From positions 5,518,001 to 5,582,000 of the forward strand of contig OX597826.1 of NCBI GenBank assembly GCA_951406725.2: a DNA stretch of 64,000 bases, written 5' to 3'. A program made the position numbers and the translations under genes. This stretch comes from Octopus vulgaris. Taxonomy: Eukaryota. Position 1 is the first letter of the stretch, and every line of letters begins with the position of its first letter. The notes beneath the pieces are model-generated. The model saw only the letters and a program-made list of their open reading frames with translations. It did no database searches and had not been told where the DNA came from. This document shows positions 1 through 15,059 of the stretch, piece by piece.

Positions 1-1757
1 GTTTCACATAAACACAGCAACCCTAATACTTAATATGAAAACTGGATATTAATCATGCTATGTCAGAGAAGAAAATATTAATAACACTTCAATTTAAAGA
101 GAGACAATGCAAGCCTATCCACATAAGAATCGGAATGTTTTTATGGGAACATCTTATGCCTACTTACCTTGTCCTCATTCTACAAATCTTTTGAATCAAA
201 GCAGCAATTTAAGAAGATATACGACGAACACATAAATCATCTCTGCTACATGAATTATTAAAAACTATAAACAAGATATAACACAAAGCAAGGAATTCTT
301 CAGAAATATTCTACATGTCATAATGCAGTGATATCCGATATGAAGAGGTAGATTTTAAGTGTCAATGCCGCTTTAAGAATTTGATAAATTTCTCTTGGTC
401 AATATTTCGATTTGTCTGTTTCTCACTGCAAAATAATTCCTTGTGAGGATCGTGAAGATCCTTGCATTACATATTTTAGCGCTAAGTTAAATATTCAAAG
501 AATGTTTAAATTAAAAGAAGCTAAAATAATTTAGAATTAGTATCTTGGATTAGAAAACTTGAACGGAGCATCGAACATAGAACTTTTAAATATAACTAAT
601 ATTACAGAATATAGAAAAGAAAAGGATGAAATTGTTATTAAAAATAAATAATAAGCCAGGAACAAGAATATTCGACAACTTATTCAGGGACAGTAGTAAG
701 GCTGTTATCACTATCGACAAAGCTCATAGTTAGATCCGCTCTACTCCTAATAACAGCAACATAATTCGAAAAGACACTATGTATTGACGCTGCATGACTA
801 TGTGTGGTACCGTTTAATTGCTCAGCATAAATCAAACGAACCTGCATCATAGAAATCATGTGCCTATAGAAATTTATCTTCAACCAGTATTACCCATTGG
901 TAGCACTGCCATGCTGAAGACATTTGAAAATCATTCATCGTAGTTCTCAAGACTAAAAGTCCTCTAGAAGAGACCTAAAGTTACCCACAGAACATAATCT
1001 CTCTTACCTAATACTAATAACATATCCATTGATAAAGGGAACTTTAATCAACCATATGACCAGACTTTCAGAAGGTAGGGATTGACTGATGATATTTCGG
1101 ATGACTAGCAATTAATCATGGTTTTACTTCATTCAGAATTTGGATAACAGAAATTTGCTGCAGGAAAGCAAACTACTACAAGTGTGGATCGTACCTGTCC
1201 ACCGTCAACGAAACTCTCTTCCTTGTACAATGACAGCACATGTCTGCATATCAGCAGTCACAGCATTCTGAGCTCGCCTTTCAGAATGCGCTGACAACAG
1301 ATCCGAATTTAACTGCGCGAGATTATTGCCAATATTACGAAAATAAATATAATGCCAAATTAAGATGATTAGTTGCACCCACCTGACTTCCGAGTTACGT
1401 AATCTTTGCCAAATGAAAATTACTTAGATATGACCAGAGTGTGTAAGGTAGCTTGCATACAGTGGTCAGGATAAAGTCACATTGACATTCTTCAAAATGA
1501 TTAATATCAGTGAGGACAGAATCTAACATGTGGCGATAATGTGGCTACAATATAACAAGGGACAGAGATGAAAAAAAACAAAAACAATCCAAACCGTTCA
1601 TTATCTGGTCAATACCCTTACATCACTCATCGGCTTCTTTTCAACAAGGATGAGGAAGAATCTCCTACGTGACTTTCAATGGAATTTATCAAATTCTACA
1701 GCCATACCAAAAATCACGGACAACACTGACTACATAATTATATTTGTCAGTTACAAA

Positions 1758-1925
1758 TGCGGTTAGTAGAATCGTTAGGACGTCGGGAAAAATGCTTAGC
1801 GGCATTTTGTCTACCTTCCCGTTTTGAGTTCAAATTCTACAGATGTCGACTTTAACTTTCATCTTTTCTATATAATCGACTTAACCCACATCCCGAAATT
1901 GCTCTTCTTGTGAAACCGTTATGAT
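1758..1925 (+). mobile_element. SINE family A, degraded copy
   Basis: Matches the family A body GAGTTCAAATTC...GTCGACTTT seen in the copy at 56958. Confidence 0.75.
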
Positions 1926-2358
1926 TATATGCGTGACAAAAAGTTCAAGCATAATCTTATTACAAAAATATAAAAAAAAACAACAACAAAAAAGAACAAA
2001 CACTTGACGTTCAACGTCATACATTGGTAGATTGATATGAGAGTTGAAAGTAGAGCAATTAATAAGGAGAGGATCTCCGGGTGTACAACAGGGTTATGAA
2101 ACGCTTATTACAACTGTCCAATAATCGTGCTATAAAATAATCCATTTTAGAGTAAGAAGAAAAGTAGCCGAGAGAAACGTTATGCTCAAATTTGTAGATT
2201 GGATAATACGAATTACGGTAGTCGAGGGGTTACTGTAATTCAATTCCTATTTGAAATCAGCCATGTGGTGTATTTTTACTTCAAGTGTCAACTCAGCGCC
2301 CACCTGTCGGTCTATCAGTCTGTCTGTATGTCCGTCTCATCTGTCAATCAATCAATGA

Positions 2359-2392
<34 letters not shown>

Positions 2393-2481
2393 ACAAACAC
2401 ACACCTTCATAAACATATGTGCATCATTGTGCATCCATGTGTTTGTACGTGTGCATGTATCTGTGTGTGTATGTTAGAGAG

Positions 2482-2536
<55 letters not shown>

Positions 2537-2618
2537 ATGTTACTGTATGTGCTGAATGAGAGCGTGTGTATTCCTATCAGTAAATATTCTGTTGCAGTTG
2601 TTTGACTTAATAGAAACT

Positions 2619-2910
2619 GACGGCGAGCTGGCAGAAACGTTAGCAAGCCGGGCGAAATACTTAGCTGTGTTTCCTCTGCCGCTATGTTCTGAGTTCAAAC
2701 TCCGCCGGGGCCGACTTTCCCTTTCATCCTTTCGGGGTCGATTAAATAAGTATCTGTTACGCACTGAGGTCAATATAATCGACTTAATCCGTTTGTCTGC
2801 CCTTGTTTGTCCCATCTGTGTGTAGCCCCTTGTGGGCAGTAAACAGATAGGTATTTCGTCTGCCGCTACGTTCTGCGTTCAAATTCCGCCGAGGTCGACT
2901 TTGCCTTTCA
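2619..2910 (+). mobile_element. SINE family A (tRNA-derived) with partial second body unit
   Basis: Head GGCGAGCTGGCAGAAACGTTAGC, B-box-like GAGTTCAAACTCC, central CCGACTTTCCCTTTCATCCTTTCGGGGTCGAT; body restarts at ~2851. Confidence 0.9.
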
Positions 2911-2954
2911 AACTGACTTACAATTTAGCATACATGGACACCACTCGCGCGCCT

Positions 2955-3195
2955 GCATGCATGTATGAATGTATGTAAGCATGTATGAATGTATGTTTGT
3001 ATGAATGTCGTTATATATGCACGTATGCGTGTATGAATGCATGTATGCATGCATGTATATATGCATGTATGGAAGAATGTATGCATGTATGTATGCATGT
3101 ATGTATGAATGTATGCATGTATGCATGCAAGTATGTATGTATGTATGCATGAATGTATGTATGTATGTATGAATGTATGCATGTATGTATGCATG
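2955..3195. repeat. (ATGT)/(ATGC) compound microsatellite
   Basis: Direct inspection. Confidence 0.95.
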
Positions 3196-3663
3196 GGCAC
3201 ACGTCATGGTATGAATGAATCTACAATGAAATATTAAACTGCAGATTTGTATCTGCAACAAATATTGTTGCCTCAATTCCAAAGTCCTTCTTGCTTTTGA
3301 TTATGACTCCGAATGGGGACATAAATATTATGTCCTGAAAAAATGCTGCAGTTGGTGGTAACGGCGGTTACCGAATTTCGTATTGGCAATAACTGTGGTG
3401 CTTATAGCTGTGATGATGCTTATTCCGGTGACGCTAGATATATTCTGATGCCGTCATTTCTAGGAGCTGCATTGACGATAGTGATGATGCTGAAAGTGAT
3501 AGGGTAAGTGGTAATAGTCGAGGTAGCTACCATAGTTGCGACAGCGGCAGCCGGGTTGATGCCAGCTAAGATATTGTTGGTGATGATGATGACAATTGTT
3601 GGACGATCTATCAGGCGTTTTGATGGTAAAAGTATTCGGCGTTCTGGAGGTGGTTTTAGTAGT

Positions 3664-3735
3664 GGTGGCGGTGGTGGAGGTAGTCGTGGCGGTGGTGGAG
3701 GTAGTCGTGGCGGTGGTGGAGGTAGTCGTGGCGGT
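3664..3735. repeat. 21-bp minisatellite GGTGGTGGAGGTAGTCGTGGC x3 within a degenerate (GGT/GAT) tract
   Basis: Direct inspection. Confidence 0.9.
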
Positions 3736-4574
3736 GTTAGTGACGGCGATGGTGAATGGTGGTGATGTTAGTTATGGAACCACTAAGATTGTCGTGGTGG
3801 AGGTGGTTGTCGTTTCACTGGTGATTTGAGATGATGAATAGATGTTGGTGACTAGCTGAATAACACTTAATTGGAGAATTGCAACTACTAATATCGCTTT
3901 TCCTTATATATATATTTTTTGTATAACTTCCTTTTATTCCCGCTCACTTTACCCTCTCCCTTTCTTTGTCTCTCCACCTCTCTTCTTTATTCTCTCTCTT
4001 TCGTTCTCTCCGTTCTCTCTCATTGTTGTCATCTTGTCATCTTGCACATCATATTCCTCTCTCTATCTTTCTCACACTTTCTCGCTATTCACTCTTACTC
4101 TCTTTCTGTCACTTTTTATTATTTCTCCGTCATACCATTACTATCGCCATTTACCCGTCTCCATCTCCACTGTAACCACACTTTCTCTTTCTCTCGCTCC
4201 TTTCACTCTCCCTCTCTCTCTTCTTTCGCGCTCCTCTCTCTCTTTCACGCTCTCTACACACACATTCTATCCCCCTCTCTACCTCCCCCCTCTCTCTCTC
4301 CTATCACACGCATCTTTATTTAATTTGTTTTCTATTCTTTTGTTTGTACTTTTTATAGACATATTTGTTTACTTTTTTATTTTATATATAATATATTTTA
4401 TAATACTATTTTCACCTGAACGTTACCTTGGAAGTTGCGAATTCATAGATCAATACCGAATAATTGCGTGTGACCGACAAATCATTATCGATTTGCAATG
4501 ATTGATTAATTGTGAACTAATTACGTTTTAAATCTTAGTGAGCGAAAAATAATGATGACATTCACAAAGGCATC

Positions 4575-4600
4575 AGTAGCAGCTGCAGTAGTAGTATCAT

Positions 4601-4631
<31 letters not shown>

Positions 4632-4750
4632 TTTAGTAGTAGTAGTAGAAGTGACAGTAGAATTAAGAGTGACACTCAAATTGTATTGATGATGATGACG
4701 ACGATGATGACGATGATGATGACAACGACGACGAGGACGATGATAATGAC

Positions 4751-4790
<40 letters not shown>

Positions 4791-4855
4791 ATGACAACGA
4801 GGACGACGATGCGGCGAAGACGAGGACGATGATGACGGTGATAATGATGATGATA

Positions 4856-4903
<48 letters not shown>

Positions 4904-5110
4904 GTGATGACGACTACAACGACAATGACGATGACAACAACGACCACGATGATAATGACAAGTGTAATGTTAATGGAGATAACTATGATCTCATTCATTG
5001 TCATTACTGTATTGATTGCTATGCTGCTGCTGCTGCCGCGGCTGCTACTCCCGCCGCCGCCGCTGCTACCGCCACATCCGTCGCTGCCCCCGCTGCTGCC
5101 GCTGCTGATG
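4575..5110. repeat. Compound trinucleotide repeats (AGT)n, (GAT/GAC)n, (GCT/GCC)n
   Basis: Direct inspection; source of the poly-Met and poly-Ile ORFs. Confidence 0.95.
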
Positions 5111-5169
5111 TATATGGTGAGCATGAAGTATTTGTATTTAAGGACTGCAATGATGAACTTTGATTATTT

Positions 5170-6210
<1,041 letters not shown>

Positions 6211-7210
6211 GACTGACACTAGTAATAAACATCTATGGAGTACTTAGTGAGTAATGATGGGCATGGATTTATATAGTTTGGGTTGCAGAATTTCAATGAA
6301 GTTCTGAAGCAGAACAGCTAAAACCTGACGTTATATGCATCTGCACAATATTTTACCTTTAATTAGATTTCATACACCATTATTTTGAATTGAAATAACT
6401 CATTCCTTCAGCTACACCTTTAAGATGGTCATAAAAGTCTCCAAAACTTCTATTAGTTCTTTACTTTTCTGAAAAGTCGGACAACGAACCATTAAAAAAC
6501 AACCGATGCTGGTGTGTTTACGTCCCTCTCTACTTGAGCTGTCTTAAACCGAATTTTAAATTTATTGACAAGATGCTTCACTCGCACCCATTTCCGTACA
6601 CTGAATTCGCAGCCTCTTATCTCAGAAATCTTTGAACGCAGTCTGTATATTCTACTTTGAAAAGGTAAAAAAAAAGAAAAAAAATCATTGTTACTTGCGC
6701 AGCTCCTACCGTTGTTAAAAATAATGTTGTGATCGCAGACTGAGGCCTGAGGGTCGCATCAAGTGACTTTTAGCGACGGAAATCTGACTTAAAACTGGCA
6801 TGCTCCGCATAGAACGTTTCCTGTTCTTTTCGCGTACTTCCTCGTATATAGTTTCGCTGAAGTGTAGCGTTATATTAGACCCTGAATTTCATTTCAAAAT
6901 CCTTGAAGTGAAAGTAGGAGTTGGAACACTTGTATTTGCCTTTTAAGAGGAGCAGCTTGCGAATAAAAAACCTCACAGTACTCGTGTTTGTTACAATTTG
7001 ACCTTCAAAATATCAAAAATATATTTGTACCGTATTAAGCGTAATAAAATGTTGCATGCAGTGCAGTCTTTACTCCTTATCTGCAATCTTTGAATGACTA
7101 ATACAACAAGGCAACACAATTTGAAATTATCTTCCAAACTATCTCACTGAATCTTGGAATTTTTAATTGGCATGACAGGACTGTTTATCCATTTATTATT
7201 TCCATCACAG

Positions 7211-7385
7211 GTGGAGGCGCAATGGTTAGGGTAGCGGACTCGCGGACGGAGGATCGCAGTTTCGATTCCCAGACCGGGCGTTGTGTGTGTTTATTGAGCG
7301 AAAACACCTAAAGCTCCACGATCTCAGGCAGTGGGTGGTGGCTACCCCTGTTGTACTCTTTCGCCCCAACTTTCTCTCCCGGGCC
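7211..7385 (+). mobile_element. SINE family B (tRNA-Arg-like head), 5' part
   Basis: GTGGAGGCGCAATGG...GGACTCGCGG...GTTTCGATTCCCAGACCGGGCG; TCG in the anticodon-like position. Confidence 0.88.
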
Positions 7386-7695
7386 CATGAGCGTCGCTAG
7401 GCTTGAAAAGGGCTCATAAAAATATAAAAAATAATTTCTATCACGGAGTTCACTTTCTCAAATCCGCCTAATCCTTCTGGACATATTCTATGGCCTATTC
7501 TGTCAATTCCATCTGCCCTTAAGCTTAGCCGTATTTGTAGCCCTGTTCCATTTCTTTTATTTCATAGAATTGTAACTTATCTAGAATTCTTCCTTTCATA
7601 CAATTTAATTTTATATTAAATTTTGTGCATTTGACTAAATGAGTAATTGTTTTTTTACATACAGAACTATAATCGGATAGTTGAGTTTCAATGAA

Positions 7696-8113
7696 TGATA
7701 ATAGTAGTGGTAGTAGAAGTAGTGGTAGTAGTAGTAGTAGTAATAGTAGTAATAGTAGTAGGAGGAGGTGGAGTAGTAGGAGGAGTAGTAGTAGAAGTAG
7801 TTGTTGTTGATGTAGTAGCAGCAGCAATAGTAGTAGCGTTGTTAGTAGTAGCAGCAGCAATATTAGTAGCGTTTGTAGTAGTAGCAGCAGCAATAGTAGT
7901 AGTAGTAGTGATGATAATAGTAGCAGTAGTAGTAGTGGTAGTAATGGTGGTAGTGGTAGTAGCAACAGCAATTATAGTAGTAGTGATGATAGTAGTAGCA
8001 GCAGTAGTAGGTGTAGGAGTAGTTGTGGTGGTGGTGGTGGTGCTGTTGCTTGTGGTGATGGTGGTGGTGGTGGTGGTAGTTGTAGCAGTAGTAGTAGTAG
8101 TAGTAGTAGTAGT
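7696..8113. repeat. Degenerate (AGT)/(GGT)/(AGC) trinucleotide tract
   Basis: Direct inspection. Confidence 0.95.
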
Positions 8114-9872
8114 GTTAATTTCGCGCAATAAATCTTTCAGATTGTTCTTTGCTCAACAAGCGCTTAATGTCAAATATATTAATAAGTAACCATGATGAAA
8201 GGATAGCATTCCTTTGATAACACCTCATCTATTAAATCATGTGCTTTCGAGCTAAGGAGTGTATCACGCGGTATTGGAAACAACAGCTAATTACACAGCT
8301 TATGACATAAATAAGGAAAAGACTCATGAGATATTGTTGTCTCGCATACAATTACAAAATACGTTTGGTCACTTAGGAAATACATTTGATAAAAAAACGA
8401 CCAACAACGACATATATTTTGTATCATAATATATCAAGATAATATTACTGTTGCTATTATCACACCGTTGTATTCTCTAAGTATATATTTCTTTAGTAAA
8501 AAAAAAGATACTGTGATACCACAAATAGTAGTATAAAGAAACGATTTGTAAGTCGAAAGCAACAAGAGCTGAGACTCTCACCTAATATGTTTATAAGTTA
8601 GTCAGTTCTATATTTTCCACAGCTAAAAGGCAGTTTTCTGTTCACCCACCTGAATAATCTTAATTCACAATTCACGATTATTGGCTGGTTTGAGGTTTCT
8701 GTCTCAGTTCATTCTTTGCAAGCATCCTACTTATATCCTGTTATTGCTATCGTTGTTGCAGTGGCTGCTGCTGCTAATGCTGCCTCTTTAGTTGCAGTTG
8801 TAACTGTTGCAATTGCAAACTTTGAAACCTGAATAATATCCATTTTGACGTGGCATACTTTTGAGGTTTTAGTATTTTGTACTCGCGTGTCTATGTCATG
8901 CAGTGTAGTCGAATGTGATTTAGTGCGCACGTATATCAAACACCGATACAGTTAAGTAAAGGGAAGACTACTTTAAATGTATATAATTTTCATATCGATT
9001 TAATAGTTGTAGGTCTCATATTGATTTTTCGAATTGGTACAGAATCTCGAATGTACAATGAAAGAGTTCGTTAACCTGTTGGATTTCATTTCACCTTAAT
9101 ATTACCTTGGTGAACTTGTTATGAAAGTTGAATATGTGAAAATAATAAATTCCATGATATTTGAACATAGGACTTACGAATACGTAATTTTATACCTTTT
9201 AAACCTTTCCATCATTTCTCATTGTTCGTTTTATTCCTGGTATACATCAAGAGTCTATACACAATATATTTCTTAGAGACACAGGAATTTGCCGATGAAT
9301 GTCAGGTAAGATATATCACGTATCAATAAGAGCTGTTTCAATGTGTACTGAAAATATATTCTAATAAACACTGGTGCGTCACTAATTTTCCTTCAGTCGG
9401 TATTTTTGAAGGTAAAAATTAATTACATCAATTGCGATGATGTATCATTGATGAACAGAACAAATCGACTCTCTTTGAAGAGTGAAATGAGTCATAACAC
9501 ATTAGAGAACAGTAAATTGTTTTTTTTTCTAAATATATTTGTCTTCAAATACCTCCTAGATCCAATTTGAATTTCAACGCTTTTGTTATGAATAGATTCA
9601 ATCGATAATAATATACGGTTTTTTACTTCTGGATATATTCAGATCATTATACTGTGCAATAGACTGAATAACTTTTTAAAGCACACGCTCTCACAGACTT
9701 ACAAACGTTGCTATCATATATACACACACGTAGATCCATACATACTTACACACGCACGCACGTACGTACATGAACAGACATACAAAGACATCTGTATATA
9801 TATATATATATATGTATCTCTCTATATATATACATATATATGTATATGTAAATGTATATATAAACATCCCCC

Positions 9873-9928
<56 letters not shown>

Positions 9929-10399
9929 TATATATATATATTTGGTAGTCTTATAGGAAGCGACATATATATATATATATTGAAATTACATTTAAACTAC
10001 TTACATACAAAAGTACGCGCACTAACGAGACACACAGGCACACATACATATACTCCCACACACACACTCTCCCCCCCACACACACACACATAGAAATGTA
10101 TATGTGGAATACCTGAAGTGCTAATACTGCGATACAATTTCGATACGTGAGGCACCACAGTTATTGATTAGTCTGCAAGAAGTAACAGGCATCTTTCCTT
10201 CAGATACGCATTTACTCTATAGAAAAAAAAACAACAAATAAAAATACATTTCAGATAATGTACTTTTACATATATTATTCCTAAAAAATATGTGGAATGC
10301 CACAGCTGCCATGTGTCGGATCATAGGTTTACGTCACCTTCGTTGACCTGATACGAAACAATTGCAGTGCAGAAGAGACCAGAGGTATATATGTATATA

Positions 10400-10601
10400 T
10401 AGTTAATCCAAACAAGAAAACACAAAAAAAGACAACAACGCGAAGACATGGAACAAATATAGTATTATTGGACGCTCAGGAAAGAAGGGAAGAAGGAGGG
10501 TTCAACGTTTCGAGCGGAGCTCTTCGTCGGAAATATAGGAGAAGGAAAGATCCAGAGAAGGGAAGACAGAGGAAAAAACATCGCCAATGGTACACACGAG
10601 G

Positions 10602-10604
<3 letters not shown>
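10400..10604 (-). mobile_element. Penelope-like terminal repeat fragment
   Basis: Contains a minimal hammerhead-like motif; a related copy lacking that motif lies at 52490-52600 on the opposite strand. Confidence 0.55.
10501..10533 (-). ncRNA. Minimal hammerhead ribozyme-like motif with variant core
   Basis: Minus strand reads TTT-CCGACGA-A-GAGC-TCC-GCTC-GAAAC-GTT-GAA; core is CCGACGA rather than CUGANGA and stem I is weak. Confidence 0.5.
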
Positions 10605-10670
<66 letters not shown>

Positions 10671-10689
10671 GTATGTATATATGTACATA

Positions 10690-11180
<491 letters not shown>

Positions 11181-11329
11181 CATACACACACACATATGTG
11201 GTGGGCGTATGCGTGTGTGTGTATGTATGCATATGCGTCTGTTTGTGTGCCTTTATGTATATATTTGTATGTACGCAAATATGGTCTCTTCTGTTTTCTT
11301 TTCGTTATTTGACGCTGTAAGACGTCAAA

Positions 11330-11640
11330 TTTCCACCATTTTGAATGAAGTCTTGCATATTTTTGCTGTTCCTCTTATAGATGTTATTTGGAGAGTTCGT
11401 CGGTTTATTTCTTACTCAAGAAACTCCAGCTATTCTGCTATTATCGATAAATCATTTACTTACAAAAGCAAGTGCCACAATTCTAATGACTATAAATGTA
11501 ACTTCATGATCTGGCTGTAGAAGCTAGAAATTGCGAAGCAGTTGTCTTGCTTATCCCCTCTCTCTTTGAATTTCAGCGAGATATTCACTTCAGCTTTGCA
11601 TCTGAGATCTATGGTGGAAATTATACTTTTTACAAGTCAA
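11330..11640 (-). mobile_element. Decayed R4/Dong-like non-LTR retrotransposon C-terminus (RLE domain)
   Basis: Minus translation EVNISLKFKE...LLRNF*LLQPDHEVTFIVIRIVAL...RTLQITSIRGTAKICKT resembles R4-clade C-termini. Confidence 0.55.
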
Positions 11641-12369
11641 TAGAAGTTTTGATGGGAATATCTCAACACATTATTTCGATGTTTATATATGTTTCCAATA
11701 CCTGGAGGCAGTGGCGAGATTTTATACTGACGCCAACGATGCCTTGTTTCCGGATGACATCCTATTTTGTTTTAGCGATAAGTCTTTTCCCATTCGGAAT
11801 TACTAACTTGATACCATTTTTGGACAGCTTCTGATCACATGTGTAATTTCTACACCAGAAATGTGATATAATGAACATTTTCAGTTACATTTTCAGTTAC
11901 ATCCAAGAAAATCATCAGGGATGTACATAAACATAAATTACACTACAGGGCCTCCCTCGTAAATAACACGTATCAATAATGTTGAATGTTGGCGGATCTA
12001 AGTAGATTTTTAACTTATTGAGTTTTAAGTATGTTTAAGCACGTATTGGATATATATGTGTAGGTTTCTTACTCTGTGTCTAGCTTAGGAGAGATAATGT
12101 AAACATCTTACGGTTGATTATCCTCCGATATTTCAGTCGGAGATTCACCATTGAAAACTTACTAACCATGTTTACTATATTTAGATCGAATACATGTAGG
12201 TCAATTCATACTGTAGTAATCCGCCAGTGTTTAGTTTTTATACTGAAGAGATTTGAAGAAAAATTACAAGGGCAACATTTCACTCGTATTTATAAATATA
12301 TGTAATTGTTTTATTATTGTATCATAGGGCCTGTTTTCAAATGCTTTGTGTATATATATATATATCGAC

Positions 12370-13020
12370 ATAGAAACTTTGAGAACAGTTCAACACAACA
12401 ACACACCTTCCCCGAAAATACTGCCTTACATAACATACAACCCCAGAAATAAAGAAGCCTTCTCCATCATCACCCAGAATTTACCAATACTTCATAAGGA
12501 CCCCAAATTAAAGGAAATTCTAAACATACATAAAATCATTAAAAGATACAAACAACCTAATTCACTTAAAAAGATTCTAACACAGGCAAAATTGTTTTCT
12601 GAAATTAAGGATGCAAAAGTAAAAAAATGTGGTAGACCAAACTGCGCAACATGCCTAAACCTTCTAGAAGGATCAGAATTCCTCTTCAAAGAGGAAAAAT
12701 TAAAGATCAAATCTAATTTTACTTGTTCTTCTGAAAACATAATTTATGTCATAAGATGCTCGGGCTGCCACCAAAACTACGTGGGGTCCACGGGACTATC
12801 ACTCAGACGTAGATGCACACTGCATCGACAACAGATTGCATTCCCAGAATACAGAATGATACCCTTTAGTGAGCATATTGAGAAATGCGCAAAGCAACTA
12901 CTACCACAATTTTGAATCTTTCCAGTTTACCAATGTGCTATTGGAACACCAACACAAATTAGACTAAACAAGGAAACATTCTTCATTGAAAAATATAAGC
13001 CCAAACTTAACCACTCTAAC
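12370..13020 (+). mobile_element. Penelope-like element 3' fragment encoding GIY-YIG endonuclease
   Basis: ORF 12346-12915: KKCGRPNCATC, NIIYVIRCSGCHQNYVGSTG, LRRRCTLHR; continues past one stop to KETFFIEKYKPKLN. Confidence 0.9.
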
Positions 13021-13234
13021 ATTCTTACACAGAGAAACTCACCCCATTAAATAAAAGGGACAAGAAATATAAAGCGATTATCTCCCTTACACCGGAAGAA
13101 ATCACTTATTACCTCCCCTTACCTGGAACCCTCTTTACACTTCATAACGAAGACATAACACGACATACACACACACACACAAACACACACACATACACAC
13201 ACACAGAGACACACACAGACACACACAGACACAG

Positions 13235-13283
<49 letters not shown>

Positions 13284-13288
<5 letters not shown>

Positions 13289-13715
13289 AAATACACTGTA
13301 CATTTAAACACATAAGAGATGGCCATAACAGGACATCTGATCCGCTAGAAGGATTGTGGACTAATTTTGGACGAAATCGGCATTTTTGTAGTTGCTGCCG
13401 ATAGAAAAAAACCGCACTTGCGCGGTCGACTTTTAAAAATCATAACATATTAACATGAGGCATGTTCGGTATCGCTTCGTCTTAATATGTTAATATTTGG
13501 TTTCCTACTGACGAGAGCTTCGCCAAGTAAATTATTTTATTTCCTGAAAATAGCTTGAGACCATGGTACAGGAAATAGAGGGTAAATATTTACTTTTCAT
13601 TCCCTTTCGAAATTAACCCTAATAGTGGTTTGGAGTTTGTCTACTCCTTCTAGCGGGTCAGGTGTCCTATAATGGCCATCAATTATGTGTTTTAAATGTA
13701 CAGTGTATTTTTATA
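13284..13715. repeat. ~70-bp inverted repeat pair (13284-13353 / 13645-13715) just downstream of the Penelope ORF
   Basis: TAAAAATACACTGTACATTTAAA...GATGGCCAT...CCGCTAGAAGGA and its reverse complement. Confidence 0.9.
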
Positions 13716-13821
13716 GAAATAATATATAGTCTATTCACTAGTTTTTCCCTTCTCGCTACACCACTATTAGCAAATAAATTTTTTAAATTATTTTTTTCTA
13801 CCCTGAATTGATTAATAATAT

Positions 13822-13889
<68 letters not shown>

Positions 13890-14089
13890 ATAATATATTG
13901 TGTAAAGATATGTGTGTATGTGTGCTTATGTATTTCACGATATAGTCATCGGTTGAATCTGTCTAGGAAGACAGACGTCATGCTCACAGCAAGAGAACCT
14001 TTGTTCGTGGATGTATGTAAACATGAGTGACCTGGGAATAGACCGAAAAAAGATCACTTGCGCATACATATATATACATACATACAAAC

Positions 14090-14130
<41 letters not shown>

Positions 14131-14777
14131 CTAAACCTGGAAACAGGAAATACATAATTCATTTCATTGGGATTTAAACACTTGAACAAAACAAACGACA
14201 GTATCAAACAGTTATTCACCTCGGCATAATTCTTTAAGTACAAACAAATATTATTTAATATTACAAAGACTATTTTTCATGTTGCTTCTTCTATTGACAT
14301 ATTTTTGCGTGATTATCATAATAATATTATCGCTGGTCTTATTTGAGTCAACTATGTAGTAAGTAATTTAAGTGTGAAAGCAAATGTTTGTACTGTGCCT
14401 GTAATGCAGTTTCCACGCAAGGACACTCAGATCGCACATATGCACGCAACCTGGAGTGAAACACACACATATACATTCATACACGTAGAGACACACAGAA
14501 CTGCACACATACACGCACATACACACATACACATACACACACATACACATACACACACATACGAGTTAATATAGTCCTTCGTACATGCCGGTATGTATGT
14601 GCCTGCAAGTGTCTGCGTCTGAGTAAGTTATATAAAAATATCTGTAATATTTGATGAAAACAATTTTAGTGCAATATTATCTATTAATCTGTATGTTTGT
14701 CTGTGTGTCTGTCTGTCTCTCACTCTCTCTCCTCTTCCCCCTCTCTCGCTCTCTCTCTCTCTTTCTTTCTGTATATG

Positions 14778-14825
<48 letters not shown>

Positions 14826-14902
14826 ACACACATATTTATATATATTTATATATCGATATATGTGCATATATATATTTATTTATCTATCTATCTATCTATC
14901 TA

Positions 14903-14961
<59 letters not shown>

Positions 14962-15059
14962 GCTTTTTGATAGATATATGAATAAACACATAGAGTTGCA
15001 TATACGTGTGTGAGTGTGCGTAAGTTTGTGGACGGGGCGTATATTCTTGCATATGTAAG

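Larger units (their letters stand above)
1..3340 (+). pseudogene. Candidate decayed Toll-like receptor pseudogene 1 (5' end outside window)
   Basis: Manual translation: LRR-like LENLNGASNIELLNITNI (~550-603), hydrophobic stretch ~1595-1660, FQWNL (~1675), TIR box1-like IFVSY (1740-1754), PGVQQGYETLITTVQ*S (2077-), EW at 3311. Many stops and frameshifts; interrupted by SINEs and microsatellites. Confidence 0.4.

Noticed and set aside
960-1060. NISIDKGNFNQPY read as a LINE endonuclease GDFN motif
   Set aside because: Single weak motif with no other endonuclease or RT motifs around it
3508-3765. Gly-rich ORF with a hydrophobic N-terminus resembling a secreted protein
   Set aside because: Lies entirely within a degenerate GGT/GAT repeat and 21-bp minisatellite, and starts at GTG
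7211-7280. tRNA-Arg-like sequence (also at 37745, 44876, 53005, 61059)
   Set aside because: These are SINE heads with continuing bodies and, in some copies, TSDs; no intact cloverleaf
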